From contig NC_043000.1 of the NCBI RefSeq assembly GCF_006345805.1, positions 140,802,001 through 140,866,000 on the forward strand: a DNA stretch of 64,000 bases, in the 5' to 3' direction. The DNA is from Octopus sinensis (lineage: Eukaryota). Positions within the stretch are counted from its first letter, which is position 1. Each line of letters opens with the position of its first letter. The notes beneath the pieces were generated by a model. It saw only the letters and a program-made list of their open reading frames with translations. It did not search any database and was not told the DNA's origin. Below are positions 37,408 through 50,447 of the stretch, piece by piece. The position numbers and the translations under genes are program-made.

Positions 37408-40001
37408 GAAGCAAGTTTCTTACCACACAGCCACACTTGTGCTTAGATGTCTTGCAAACAACTTGCACATGCAAGTGCTACCAGTCAAAAGCTCCGTATA
37501 CCAGAAGCCAGCAAGTGTATGGGGTCATCAGGAGAGAATGCGTGCCGTTTTGGGGCCTACCTCTCGATGGCACCAATGTGCCCCCCAACCTCACTGATAT
37601 GAGGCCCCGCTTGCTAGTAACACCAAATAAACATATAACATATATTCCTCAGGATCTTAGCCATTTTAGTACTGAACTAATTTCACCTAGTTCACATTTC
37701 ACAGTTACTTATGCATTGGTTTAGCTAAGAATTATTTCATTTGGAATCGGAGTTTGAAGAAATATTTCTCTTCTCACTGTATGTGCTTGCTTGTATTCAG
37801 TGGTTCCTTTAATGTGAAATTGCTATCAAAAATTACAGTTAGTTGAGAAAGTACTAAACATAATTTCTAGAATTCTCTCTCAGAATCTAATTGAAATACC
37901 TTCAGTTTTCTTTGTCATATTTTTCAAATTTAATCTGAATGAAGGAAATGTATAATATTTCCATTCAAATAACTTCTAATGGGAATAACATGACGATACG
38001 GTAGGAATTAGATAGTTGACAAGGGAAGGAAAAGCATTTATCAAATAATAATTGGAAAAATTAAGTACACATAAATTCCTTATTGATGAAGAATTTGCCA
38101 CCATTATCAAAGTAATATCTCAATTTATAGAAAATAACATTCTTATGAAAATTCTGCCATATAATTAATGGCATGCTATAGATTTTGAAATTCCTTTGGA
38201 GGAACTTATTATTATGACATAGTAATATTAAGAGAATTTTCCTAATATGAAAACTGTGATTGTTAAAGTTAATACCAGATTTCAATTTCTTTAGCTTTAT
38301 AGAGGAACATAGCATTCAATTATCGGAAATTGTAATTCAGTAGATACACAGCAAGTAAAGTCATTAAAATTACTACCAAAAAATCAGCTATGCATCATTT
38401 AATTTAACATTTTTATTTAATCTCTTTTTGCCAGTTTCAAAATAAAATTCAGCAGAGCTTGAAAGATTTACTATATGTTTTCTTTATAATTTCTGTTTTT
38501 ATTTTTGTCAAGTGAATATTAACAGATGGTTGTTTGTTTATTTCTCATCAATATACAACAATTGCATATTACACTATATTTCTTTAATTGAACACGATTC
38601 CTGAATGGATGACAACAGTTTAATAACAGAGATGTGCATGTTGGTGTCAGGCTCTTGAAATTTCGAACAGAGTGAGGCTAGAAGTGGTGATGAATAACTA
38701 AATGTATAAGTAGCAGTCTTCTACAATAATAGTACACTGATAAAGAAAAAAAGCGGTTGTTACGAATTCTAAAAGCAAACTGAAGCAAATATAAAGAGAA
38801 GACTTTTGAAAACAAAGACTATAAGAATATTATACTAACTTTGAATATTGCATCCATTTCTTTGAAAGCAAAATATCAGCTGGCTAGGAGAAAATATTTC
38901 CTTGTTAAGATATTGAAAGAATAAAAATACAAAAGAATTTTAAAATATGCTATTTAGAGATGAAATAAAAAAAAAAAATCTTGCTATATCTTTCATTTGT
39001 GCCACTGTACAAAGTGTATGTATATGTTAGCGATACAAAATAATCCAAAGCTTTTTGAATATCTTGTAATTCATTATTTAGTATCTAACTCAATGCCATA
39101 TGCTGCAAACTCCTATTATGAAAAAGTTTCTAAGAGCTTTGGTATCTTTAATAAAATATGTACTTCACTTTGAGAATGTAGTGCTCTTTAAAAGTATATT
39201 CTTTGATAAAAATAAATATTTTGTTATTCCTGAATCAAGAAGACAAAATGCAATATATTTCTTTCCTCTTTTTCTATTAGTATCATTTCATTGAATTTTT
39301 GTACATGTTCACAATACATTCAAGGAAACAGAAATTTTAACCTTAATTATTTTCACAAGGAAAAAAAATTGAGAGAAATTATCATGAAAATGAAAGACTA
39401 TAGATTCTTTCATATTTTGCAGATTTCACTCATTGAACAACAGCCACACAAAAATAATACCTTTCGGGAATGGTGAGACTGGTATGAACTGTACATGAAG
39501 CTGTATATATGTTTTTAAGATTAATAACTATAAAAATAAATAATAAACCAGAAATGTAATTGAATATCTCAAAAGAAAAAAAATACACTTCTAAATTAAT
39601 AGAATAGTAAGCTGGATTATAATACTAAGGAGCCCACAAGAACTGTGACCTATTTTAAAGCCAAACCCGGTAATAAATACCTAGCTGGTCAATGTAATCT
39701 TCAGGACACGAGGAAATACAACTATTTATAGAAACAGCTATACCACCTCAAGGACTCCTATTTGGTCAGTCTCATAGTTTTCTTCAGATGGTCTTCAAAT
39801 AGCAGTAAACAATGGACCCTGAAGAAGCTACATCAACAGTTAACACCAAGATGCACCAACAATTAATACCAAGATGCACAGTTGACAGTGTGCAATGGTT
39901 GGAGCCAAAACATGCATAGACCCAAGCAAAGAATGACATAAATAACTGTATAATAAAATATAGATGTGAAAATCTCTGTTCACCTGCTCTTCATTAATTT
40001 C

Positions 40002-40040
<39 letters not shown>

Positions 40041-40042
<2 letters not shown>

Positions 40043-40420
40043 TCTTTTACTTGTTTCAGTCATTTGACTGCGGCCATGCTGGAGCACCGCCTTTAGTCGA
40101 GCAAATCGACCCCGGGACTTATTCTTTGTAAGGCCAGTAATTATTCTATCGGTCACTTTTGCCGAACTGCTAAGTGACGGGGACGTAAATACACCAGCAT
40201 CAGTTGTCAAGCAATGCTAGGGGGACAAACACAAACACACACACATGCATATATATATATATACATATGTGCGATAGGATTCTTTCAGTTTCCGTCTACC
40301 AAATCCACTCACAAGGCATTGGTTGGCCCGGGGCTATAGCAGAAGACACTTGCCCAAGATGCCACGCAGTGGGACTGAACCCAGAACCATGTGGTTGGTT
40401 AGCAAGCTACTTACCACACA
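40041..40420 (-). mobile_element. SINE family A
   Basis: Matches the family consensus. Confidence 0.92.
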
Positions 40421-40429
40421 AACGTCCAC

Positions 40430-40850
40430 TGTCCAAAGGACGGTGCTGAGTTGTCAAACATTTAAACCAAATTTTCTCAAAAGAACTTGTCCAACCATCC
40501 CATAAGCCTCCCCTTTGAGAAACACTGATTTAACCTAAATTTGAGACAGCAGCAAAAGAAGAAATAAAGATAGACTGTTTTTCTATTCCAAAGCAAAACG
40601 ATTTTATTCACACAAATATGCAACCGAAGAGTTTACAGTACCAGTAAGTACATCGCAACAGCTGATGTATTACGCGTACAAATGCACGTTCCCACGGCTT
40701 TATCGATCGCATTCTCACCTGAAATCGATTTTTGTCATTTTTTCAAGATTTATACACGCCCCTGATACATATCCAATTTGAGCGCAATTGGATGGAGGAT
40801 GCCCGAGATCCTAAAAGACACAGACAGACAGACAGTGGATTATTTATATA
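40430..40850 (+). mobile_element. Possible HINE/Helentron-like element 3' part
   Basis: Ends ACACAGACAGACAGACAGTGGATTATTTATATATAT, the same terminal architecture as the other HINE-like copies. Confidence 0.5.
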
Positions 40851-41643
40851 TATGACAAGGGAACAAGAAATTGTCATGAACTTCATTAGCTTACAGTTGT
40901 GTCTTCTATAAGGTGCAATGTACTTATAGCTGAGAGTTTGTGTATCACTTTATAGCAATTCCATAGCACCAGCTTTTGTCACCATTGATGACCTTCAAAT
41001 AAAGGTCCAGATCAACTTCCAACTGTTCTTCCAGTTCCTGACTGCTTTCAGTCATAACTGTTTTCAATCTTCCGTGAGCAAGCAAGGCTCAAATTTTGCT
41101 GAAACTCTTTTCATTCATAATTCCTCACTCAAAATTCCTAGGCAGGAGCTCCAGGACACATCATTCATATCAACAAGTTTGTCAGTTGTTCGGTGATGGT
41201 CCTCTAAGATCAGTTCATGAATTCTCATGATGTTTTCATTTATTTGAAGGTTGACAGATGCCCTGAACAATTGGTCTTCAAGCAACAAGTGACCATTCCT
41301 AAAGCATAAAAGCTACTTATAAACCTATGTTTTGTTCATGGCAGCATTCTTGTAAGCTGCTTAAGCATGACAACTGTTTCAGCTACCATTTTCCCCAGAA
41401 GGAAACTGAATCTCATGGAAGCATACTTACCCTTCTTCTCAGTCATAGCAAAAATCGATGAACAGGAGAGAAGCACTGAAAAACAAAGACACAGCACATG
41501 GCATCAGGACTCCACTAAATGATGCTAGTCGACAGACTGATGCCTGAGGGTCACATCAAGTGGCTTCTAGTGGTGAAAGCCTGAACTACAAGAGGCTTGT
41601 CCCACAGAGAACATTTCCAGTCACTTTTGCGTACCCATTAGTA
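40850..41643 (-). mobile_element. Internally deleted/decayed mariner-type element
   Basis: ATG at 41446: MTEKKGKYASMRFSFLLGKMVAETVVMLK..., resembling the mariner N-terminal HTH; no catalytic domain. Confidence 0.7.
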
Positions 41644-41890
41644 TGTCATTATTCAGTTTTATTTCAAGATTTCTTGCCAATGGAGAAAGAATCAGTTTCT
41701 TAGATCCAAGCTGCCTTCATTAGAATTTCAACATCAACAACAGGGTATTTTTGTTTGTTTGTCTGTCTGTCTGCATGTATGTATACATGCAGATTTGTAC
41801 ATTTTGTTTTATGTATGTATTCTCACGCATATATTTGTATATTTAGACATGCTCAAATATAACTTCTGGAAAGTTTTATAGATTTTTGGC
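41644..41890 (-). mobile_element. 3' UTR/terminus of the RLE-type LINE
   Basis: Matches 33575-33665 and 34320-34372; ends ...GGCAAGAAATCTTGAAATAAAACTGAATAATGACA. Confidence 0.75.
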
Positions 41891-41894
41891 CCTG

Positions 41895-42000
41895 TATGTA
41901 TGTATGAATGTATGTATGTATGTATATGTTTATGTGTGTATGTATATATGCATGTAAGTATATGCGTGTGTATGTATATATATGTGTGTGTATGTATGCA

Positions 42001-42035
<35 letters not shown>

Positions 42036-42122
42036 GTGTGTGCGTGTGTATGTATGTGTGTGTATATATGCATGCATGTAATGTATGCATGCATGTATAT
42101 GTGTATATATGTATGTATGTAA
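41895..42122. repeat. (TATG)/(TG)/(TA) compound microsatellite
   Basis: Direct inspection. Confidence 0.95.
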
Positions 42123-43002
42123 TGGTGTGATAAATAGGGTTATAGGCATCTTGATCACGACTAGCCAGAGACTAAACAGCAACACAAACATTTAGAGACA
42201 GTCTAGAACACTCTTGAACACTATTAGAATGCCATCCTAAGAACACTTTTCCTCCTATTCATTCTCGGCAAAGTATTTGCTTTATTGTTATTGTCACACT
42301 TCTTAATAGCAATTTTAATTACTTCATTTATCTTATATTGGCATGTAAAACAGGTTTCTCTCCAAGCTAACCATCGATGTCATCTAGTTTCAAAGTAATG
42401 GTTACAGCTACGTTTTTCCTTTCTCTCATGTATAAATATTTAAATCTTTTACGTCAATACACCAGCATATTATTGAGTAGCTCTCAGTTAAGTGTCCTTT
42501 AGGAATACTCATGTGTCTGGTGCGTTAGTTGTTTCTGTATCAAAAGAGCCAATCACCAGTATTAGGTGAGCTTAGTATATGTTTTATATATACTTCAACA
42601 GCCGTTAGTGTGTTCACGTTTGGGTCTGTCAAAACATATTAAGAATGGAATAGGTACATCATTGTTTCAATTTCGTTTCTGTTCTACATTCAATGTGAAT
42701 GTTCATTATAAGGTTAGCAGACATCAACCCCCATCAACAACTAATTTGTTTGCCGATTTCTATAAAGAAGAGCCACCACTCTTGTTTAGATTTATTGATC
42801 AAGGGGAAAATTTTGACAGCAGAGAAACAACCAGGTCAAAACACTAAGGTGTCTCAGAACCCCCTTATGTGAATGCAATTAGTGTTATGTTAACATACAT
42901 TATCTAAAGTAAGAGTATGTTCCCTGAAGATGAACTACAACAGTGATTGATATACTCATATTTGGGTCATGAATAGATGCATCATTACATTATTTACATT
43001 TT

Positions 43003-43219
43003 ACTCTTTTACTTGTTTCAGTCATTTGACTGCGGCCATGCTGGAGCACCGCCTTTAATCGAGCAACACTACCCCGGGACTTATTCTCTGTAAGCCCAGT
43101 ACTTATGCTATCGGTCTCTTTTGCCGAACCGCTAAGTGACGGGGACATAAAAACACCAGCATCGGTTGTCAAGCAATGCTAGGGGGACAAATACAGACAC
43201 ACAAACACACACATACACA

Positions 43220-43261
<42 letters not shown>

Positions 43262-43402
43262 TACAACGGGCTTCTTTCAGTTTCCGTCTACCAAATCCAC
43301 TCACAAGGCTTTGGTCAGCTCGGGGCTATAGTAGAAGACACTTGCCCAAGGTGGCATGCAGTGGGACTGAACCCGGAACCATGTGGTTGGTAAGCAAGCT
43401 AC
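43003..43402 (-). mobile_element. SINE family A (complete)
   Basis: Full head (A box, B box) to tail. Confidence 0.93.
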
Positions 43403-43655
43403 TTACCACACAGCCACTCCTATTTACATTCGACAGATATTTGTCCTCATCTTGTTTCTTGTTAACACAATGTTTCAGCTGACATACCTTCCAGCCTTCT
43501 TCAGATGTCTTGGGGAAATTTCGAACCTGGGTTCTCATTCTTAATGTATTTTTCGATTATTATTATTATTGTTATTGTTCAGGTCACTGCTTGGAATTGA
43601 ACTCGGAATATTGGGGTTAGTAGCCCATGCTTTTAACCACTACGCCATATGCCCG
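43403..43655 (-). mobile_element. tRNA-headed SINE carrying a hammerhead motif
   Basis: A box TGGCGTAGTGG (43647-43637), B box GAGTTCAATTCC (43604-43593), (AAT)n linker, hammerhead motif at 43509-43464. Confidence 0.75.
43464..43509 (-). ncRNA. Minimal hammerhead ribozyme motif (Penelope-type), probably decayed
   Basis: GACAU-CUGAAGA-A-GGCUG GAAGGUAUGU CAGCU-GAAAC-AU-U-GUGUU. Stem III AACAUU is one change from palindromic AACGUU. Confidence 0.65.
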
Positions 43656-44219
43656 TGGGCATATGCATCATTGTTTAGATCCTTATTTTTCTGCAGCCAC
43701 ATGTCGTTTTGTACATTTTGTACTCCAAATGTAATAGTATAACAAAACACTTGGATTATAGTATAACCTTTTTTGTCTTTTTTTGTTGCTGCAGTTTTAA
43801 TTTATTTCTGATCAGATCTGAGCAAGCAAATGTATAACTAAGAGTGTTCTAGGAGTTACTGCCTTCTCTCTTTTGTATGACTTGAACTACTTTTCATTGA
43901 ATGGCTTGCTTTAGAAACACTGCTACAAACACTGAACAGAGATACAAGTATACATGTTCATATACATCTACTTTTATATATGCATACATACATGCACACA
44001 AACATATGTGTGTAAATATATGTACATACATATACATATATATATTGGTAAAAATGGTAAGATAACAAAAGAAATTGTTTGGTCGGCAAATTTCATGATA
44101 TATATATATATATATACAGGCATAAGAGTGACTGTGTGGTAAGTTAGTAGCTCAGAGTTTTATCTTGGCTACCGAATAATTGTCACATATTACATTTACA
44201 GATATATATATATATATAT

Positions 44220-45333
44220 AGCGTTAGCACCTTGAGAGAAATGTTGTACCTAAGAAGCATCAGTTGTGGTGTGCAAGAGAGACGATTGCGCTGGTATGGT
44301 CATGTGGCGAGAATGGATGAAGATAGGTGTGTGAGAAAGTGCCAATCCCTAGCAGTTGAGGGAACCCGTGGAAGAGGTAGACCCAGGAAAACCTGGGACG
44401 AGGTGGTGAAGCACGACCTTCGAACTTTAGGCCTCACTGAGGAAATGACCAGAGACCGAGACCTTTGGAAATATTCTGTACGTGAGAAGACCAGGCAGGA
44501 CAAGTGAGCCCAGCCCACTTATGAATGCCTTTCCTCCCTTGGACACAAAGACCGGTTGAGGCAAGCGAAGTCGATATAGAACCTCATCCGACGACAGACA
44601 CCCATCCCAACCCCCCATGCTTGCGAAGACATGTTGGGGCAAGCGAAATCGTAATCGAAAACGAAACCGAATTGAACCAGCCAGGATCCCTGGTCTGGTG
44701 GTACGTAAAGCACTATCCGACTCGTGGCCGTGGCACGTAAAATACTCCAATGCGACCGTACGACAGGCACCCTTGCCAACCCCCTTTGCTTGTGAAGACA
44801 TGTTGGGGCAAGCGAAATCGAAATCGAATTGAACCAGCCAGTATCCCTGGTCTGGTGGTACGTAAAGCACTATCCGACTCGTGGCCGTGGCACGTAAAAT
44901 ACTCCAATGCGACCGTACGACAGGCACCCTTGCCAACCCCCTTTGCTTGTGAAGACATGTTGGGGCAAGCGAAATCGAAATCGAATTGAACCAGCCAGGA
45001 TCCCTGGTCTGGTGGTACGTAAAAAGCACTATCCGACTCGTGGCCGATGCCAGCACCGCCTCGACTGGCTTCCGTGCCGGTGGCACATAAAATACACCAA
45101 TCTGACCGTGGCCGTTGCCAGCCCCACCTGGCACCTGTGCAGGTGGCACGTAAAAAGCACCCACTACACTCACGGAGTGGTTGGCGTTAGGAAGGGCATC
45201 CAGCTGTAGAAACATTGCCAAATTTAGACTGGAGCCTGGTGCAGCCTTCTGGCTTCCCAGAACCCCGGTCGAACCGTCCAACCCATGCTAGCATGGAGAA
45301 CGGACGTTAAACGACGATGATGATGATGATGAT
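44220..45333 (+). mobile_element. 5'-truncated RTE-clade LINE: ORF2 C-terminus + long 3' UTR + (GAT)n tail
   Basis: LRWYGHVARMDEDRCVRK...RGRGRPRKTWDEVVKHDL to the stop at 44507, contiguous with family-C sequence ending CGGACGTTAAACGACGATGATGAT. Confidence 0.92.
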
Positions 45334-46099
45334 ATATATATATGTGTGTACATATATATATATTTGTATGCAGGCACATACATAAATATGCAAGCACATA
45401 TATGTTTTACATGTATGTATGCAAGCACATACACTGTAGATATATTAAGTTTAACATTGTGGATTTTTCCCCACTGGTAACAAGTCCTCTTCTAATAAAA
45501 TTCTGAGTGTGTCTTCAGACACATGCAATATACACGTGAGTGCTTTTATGTACCATAAGTCTTATCATGGTAAGTAATGCAGTATTTTGTATTCTAAACC
45601 AAAACCCACTTTAAGTTGGTGATGAATATTATCATTTGTACTAATAATGCTTCTGTCACTATTAATTATATATGCACACATACAGTGACTCAGACGTTAA
45701 TGTCATCAAGCATGCCAGGAAATTAGTACTATTTTGAATGACCCTACCTAGGTTAAGAAAAGCAATGGTGAATTATTCAACATGAGTATGGGTATGAACA
45801 ATGAATAAGAACTATGTATGGTTGGGGACATATATTCTGGATTGTTTACATACAGAATTCTAATAATCAAATCTGTGTGTATACAAGGATGACAGCTTTA
45901 TTATTACTGGAGATATGAATGGACATGAGCATGATAAGCTTAAGAAGGATTTTGTTGCATTCCTCTAGTGCATGATCTTAAACATTGCAGTTTAGAAGAA
46001 TCTAGGTTATGCCAATACTTAAGATATTAAGATCTACAACCCAAAAGTCTTGGGTATTTTTGTAAGCCTGTCAAGAGGTTATTATATATTGGTTCCAAA

Positions 46100-46290
46100 T
46101 TTTGGTGCAAGGGCAGAAATTTATGGAAAGGGGTTAAGTCAATTAGATCAACCCCAGTGCTCAAATGGTGCTTATTTTATCAACTGTGAAAGGCAAAGTG
46201 AACCTCAGAGGAATTGGAACTTAGAACGTAAAGACGATGAAATGCCACTAAGCATTTTGCCTGCTGTGCTCATGATTCTGCTAGTTCTCT
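46100..46290 (-). mobile_element. Degenerate SINE family B
   Basis: GAAAGGCAAAGTGAACCTCAGAGGAATTGGAACTTAGAACGTAAAGACGATGAAATGCC. Confidence 0.7.
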
Positions 46291-48009
46291 GCCCTAAGAT
46301 TATTATATATTAATGAAGATTTTAGTCACTAGCCCTGTATACTAAAAACATAGTTTGTAACATAAGTGACTATAATAATATATAAATATATGCATATATA
46401 CATATATGTACATACCTACATATATATGTATACATACATGCACATATGGGTACAGGACATCAAAAAAACGTTGAACACAATGAGAAACGAAAACATAAAA
46501 ACAAAAACATAGAAAATGAACTTTTCGAACGATGAAAAGAAACAGAGAAATGAGACATGCAACAGTCATCTGATGAAGAAACTTTAACAAGGTCTCTTTG
46601 TCCTACAACGACATACTTAGTCAAAACGAATTCTCTGATGAGATCCATTATGCTGGCAGCAAAATTAATCCTATGTTATTTTGGAGAACCAGAACTAGAA
46701 AGGTTTTGTGGTTCACACAATATTTTATATTAATACCGAAAATAATGTCGTGAGAGAACATTTAAAGTTTGTATTTAGTATCTTGGCATTTTCCTATGGG
46801 CCATAAGTATATTAAACTTTTTAGCACAAGTATCTTGAGTGTTAGCTATTTTTGACTTGTTTGGTAACAAACACAATGTAAATAAACTCAGTAAATATAA
46901 TGGATATAATGAAGGGTCTGAAGGCAATTCAAAGATCTTAGTAATTGCCCTGTTAATGGTAATTTCTTGATGGTAATTATTTGTTTACAGGGCTAAGATT
47001 CAGACTGATAATAGCCTTTCATCCAAAACTTCCACCAGAGCCACAGAAAACAGCTTCAAAATGAAATTTAATCAATACAAAAATTTCTTAAAGACCCACA
47101 CAAAATAGGTCATCAAAGAATTTATAAAAACATGTATGGCAATTAAAAAAAAATTGATTCTGCCCCTTTCAAAATCCAATATTCTGTTTTGGAAAAAGCA
47201 AGCTCATGCAACCATGGATTCTACTACTATTCTATGAAATGCTCGTTAAAAAACTATTTCAATTGGTTTCAAGACAAATCAACCTAAAACTGTAAATCTG
47301 AATTGTCAAAAGCATTTTTCGGAGTTTCTTATTTCAAAGCATTCACCTCTGAACAATTAATACAATAACATTAATGTTAACATTGCCGCTTCGCACCATA
47401 TATTTGTTTTTACTGTTTTTATCCCATTGTCAAATATGTCGGTTGTAGTTTCAAGTTTTGTCCATCTTAAATTTGTTTCTTTCTGGTTAGTATAGTCAAT
47501 CTATATATACATTTCTAAGCTTAATTAATAATAGAAAGGTAAAATTAATTAATAAATTAATTAATAATTTTACCAAGTAGATCGGTATGTTAAAATAACC
47601 ATTTATAGGTAAAATTATTCATATAATTATAATTAGGGTTCAGCTAATTGCTTCACCACATACCGAATTTAGAAATAGGAGTTAAAATTCCTTTTCTACT
47701 ACTGTAAGAATCTCCATGACAGTAAACATACTAATCATAATTATATATTTCTAAGCATTTTCTTCTGTTTATTATTTTATAAAAACTTTTATCAGCCAAC
47801 ATACGGTTACACATATTAGTTCATCCCATAAATAATGTGGTCTTTTTCAATTGCATGAACTAAAATTTAGAGCGGGTATGGGATAAACTGCCTGCATGAC
47901 TTGCTTTAAAAGCAGATAGCAACTTTACCATGTACTTATTTTTAGAGCAAGTTTTGAAAAGTGCAGTTCAATTTTAACAGTTATTTTTTTCAAAGCTATA
48001 ATAGAAATG

Positions 48010-48466
48010 ACAAAGGAGATCTACTGAGAGTAGTTTGAACAGCTTAAGTCAGCAATAGAAGAAAAATGACCATTTTTGGTTTCAAGACGAAAGGTGCTCT
48101 TCCATAAGGATAATGCTTGGTTACATGCAGCGAGGATGACATTCGAAAGGCAGGAGCTATTTGAATGGGAAACGATGCTCCACTCACCATATTCATAAGA
48201 CGTTGCCCCATCTGATTATCATTTATTCTGCAGTCTTCAAAATCATTTGAACAGAAAAATATGAATTCTGAAGACGAAGTCAGAACAGTACTGGAAGAGT
48301 ATTTTTCATTATGGACAAGTGAATTTTGGAAGAGGGGCATTGCAAGACTACCAGGGCATTGTAGAAAATGAAGGAGAGTATATTTTAGATCAGAAAAGAA
48401 CTTTGTTCATCTTATTAAAAAATAGAAGAAGTATAAAAAAAACATTATTTATGGGATGACCCAATA
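48010..48466 (+). mobile_element. Mariner transposon 3' fragment
   Basis: KVLFHKDNAWLHAARMT...LHSPYS*DVAPSDYHLFCSLQNHL; mariner-like end TTATGGGATGACCCAATA. Confidence 0.9.
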
Positions 48467-48469
48467 TGC

Positions 48470-48812
48470 CAGTGCTGCGTTGATTGGCACCCATGCTGGT
48501 GGCATGTAAAATGCACCATTTGAGCATGGTCAATGTCAATGCTGCTTGACTGGCTCCTATACTGGTGGCATGTAAAAAACACCATTTGAGTGTTATCGTT
48601 GCCAGTGCCACCTGACTGGCCCCTGTGCCAGTGGCCTGAAAAAGCAACCACTATACTCTCAGAGTGGTTGGATTTGGAAGGGCATTCAGTTGTAGAAATA
48701 TTGCCAAAACAGATTGGAGCCTGGGTGTAGCTTCCTGGATGGCCAGTCCTCAGTCAAACCATACAACCCATGGCAGCATGGTAGGTGGATGTTAAAGAAT
48801 GTTAATGATGAT
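48470..48812 (+). mobile_element. Degenerate RTE 3'-UTR-type element
   Basis: Family-C modules and a ...GGATGTTAAAGAATGTTAATGATGAT tail. Confidence 0.75.
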
Positions 48813-49451
48813 ATATTCTATTACTCATTTTCAAAAGAATTCTTATTCTTGCTTTGAGTTATTTGGAGTGATTTTTGACATATCCTTATGCACATTTTTA
48901 TCCATCTCCTTACATGCTTTTAACTGAATTTTACATTTTGTTTCATTTGGCCAATTCCTGTCCGTGTTTCTGAGCTTTTGTCGTTATCTCCCCTCTACCT
49001 TTTAGTTTCTAACCATCTAATTTCTCTGTCTATTACACTCTTTCTAATTGCTTCCACATCCTTATGAAATGTGCTTGTGCCTAGCCTCCAATAAAAGTTG
49101 TCAGTTGTAACTATTAGTATCTTTACAGTTAACTCAATTCTCCTTTCATTTCTATTTTATCTTGTCTTTTTCTATTTCTTCTCTCTCTCTCCTCTTTTTC
49201 TTTAAGCTTATATGTGTTGAACTTTCTTCCATGCCTGCAACTCTCCCTTCTTTATACTAAGCTTATTTATTTATTTATCTATTTATTTTAGTATTCTAAA
49301 TTTCTTTACTTGTTTTGCCTGATATTCATATCTCCTTGTCATAATTTTCAATTTTTATTTCCATTTCTTCAATTTGTTTATTTTAACTCCGGATTTCTTA
49401 AATGACTTTCTTCATCACTCTATTTATTATATATATATATGTATAATAAAT

Positions 49452-49710
49452 AGGCATAGGTGTGGCTGTGTGGTAAGTAGCTTACTTTCAAACCACATGG
49501 TTCCACATGGGCAAGTGCCTTCTACTATAGCCTTTGGCTGACCAAAGCCTTGTGAGTGGATTTAGTAGACAGAACCTGAAAGAAGCCCATCGTATATATA
49601 TATATGTGCGTATATGTTTGTGTGTCTGTGTTTGTCCCCCCAACATCGCTTGACAACCGATGCTGATGTGTTGATGTTCCCGTAACTTAGTGGTTCGGCA
49701 AAAGACAGCT
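49452..49710 (+). mobile_element. SINE family A (internally deleted, 3'-truncated)
   Basis: A box present; matches the consensus to GGTTCGGCAAAAGA. Confidence 0.85.
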
Positions 49711-49977
49711 TCCAATTGGTTATCCACTTTATGGCAGGATCTCTACATCTGATGGTCTCAAAAATTAAAATGCAATATGATAAAACATAAGCCATAAAAT
49801 AAATCACAAACTTTAACATATTAAGCAAAAATTAAAATACCTAGAAATTAAAACACTTATGATATAACATAAGAAACATTATTTAAAAAGTGAAATCAAA
49901 TGAAGTAAATTAAAAATAAATGTTAAAGAATCAATGCTGGACCATAGACCATATTAGGAGAAAGTTAAAATTTCCCT

Positions 49978-50447
49978 GTCATACATACAAACTTACATAA
50001 ATGTATGTTTATGTGTGGCTGTTTCCTTGCTGGATGTGTGCATATATATTCATTAAGATACATACATACACACACACATAAACTTACATGAATGTATGTT
50101 TATGTGTGTGTCTGTTTCCCTGCTGGATGTGTGAGCATATATTCATTAAGATACACACACACATACAAACTTACACATAAACACACACATAAACTTACAT
50201 AAATGTATGTTTATGTGTGTGTCTGTTTCCCTGATGGATGTGTCCATATATATTCATTAAGATACATACTCACACGCACACACATAAACTTACACATAAA
50301 CACACACATACACAAACTTACATAAATGTATGCTTATGTGTGTGTCTGTTTCCCTGATGGATGTGTGCATATATATTCCTTAAGATACACGCACACACAA
50401 ACTTACACATAATTGCATACACACACACATAAACACACACAAACTTA
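49978..50447. repeat. Minisatellite, four ~95-130-bp units
   Basis: AAACTTACATAAATGTATGTTTATGTGTG..TCTGTTTCCCTG.TGGATGTGTG.ATATATTCATTAAGATAC(AC)n repeated four times. Confidence 0.92.

Noticed and set aside
44427-45281. 284-aa ORF, the longest in the track
   Set aside because: Antisense to the GC-rich tandem modules of the RTE 3' UTR; internally repetitive with no recognisable domain.
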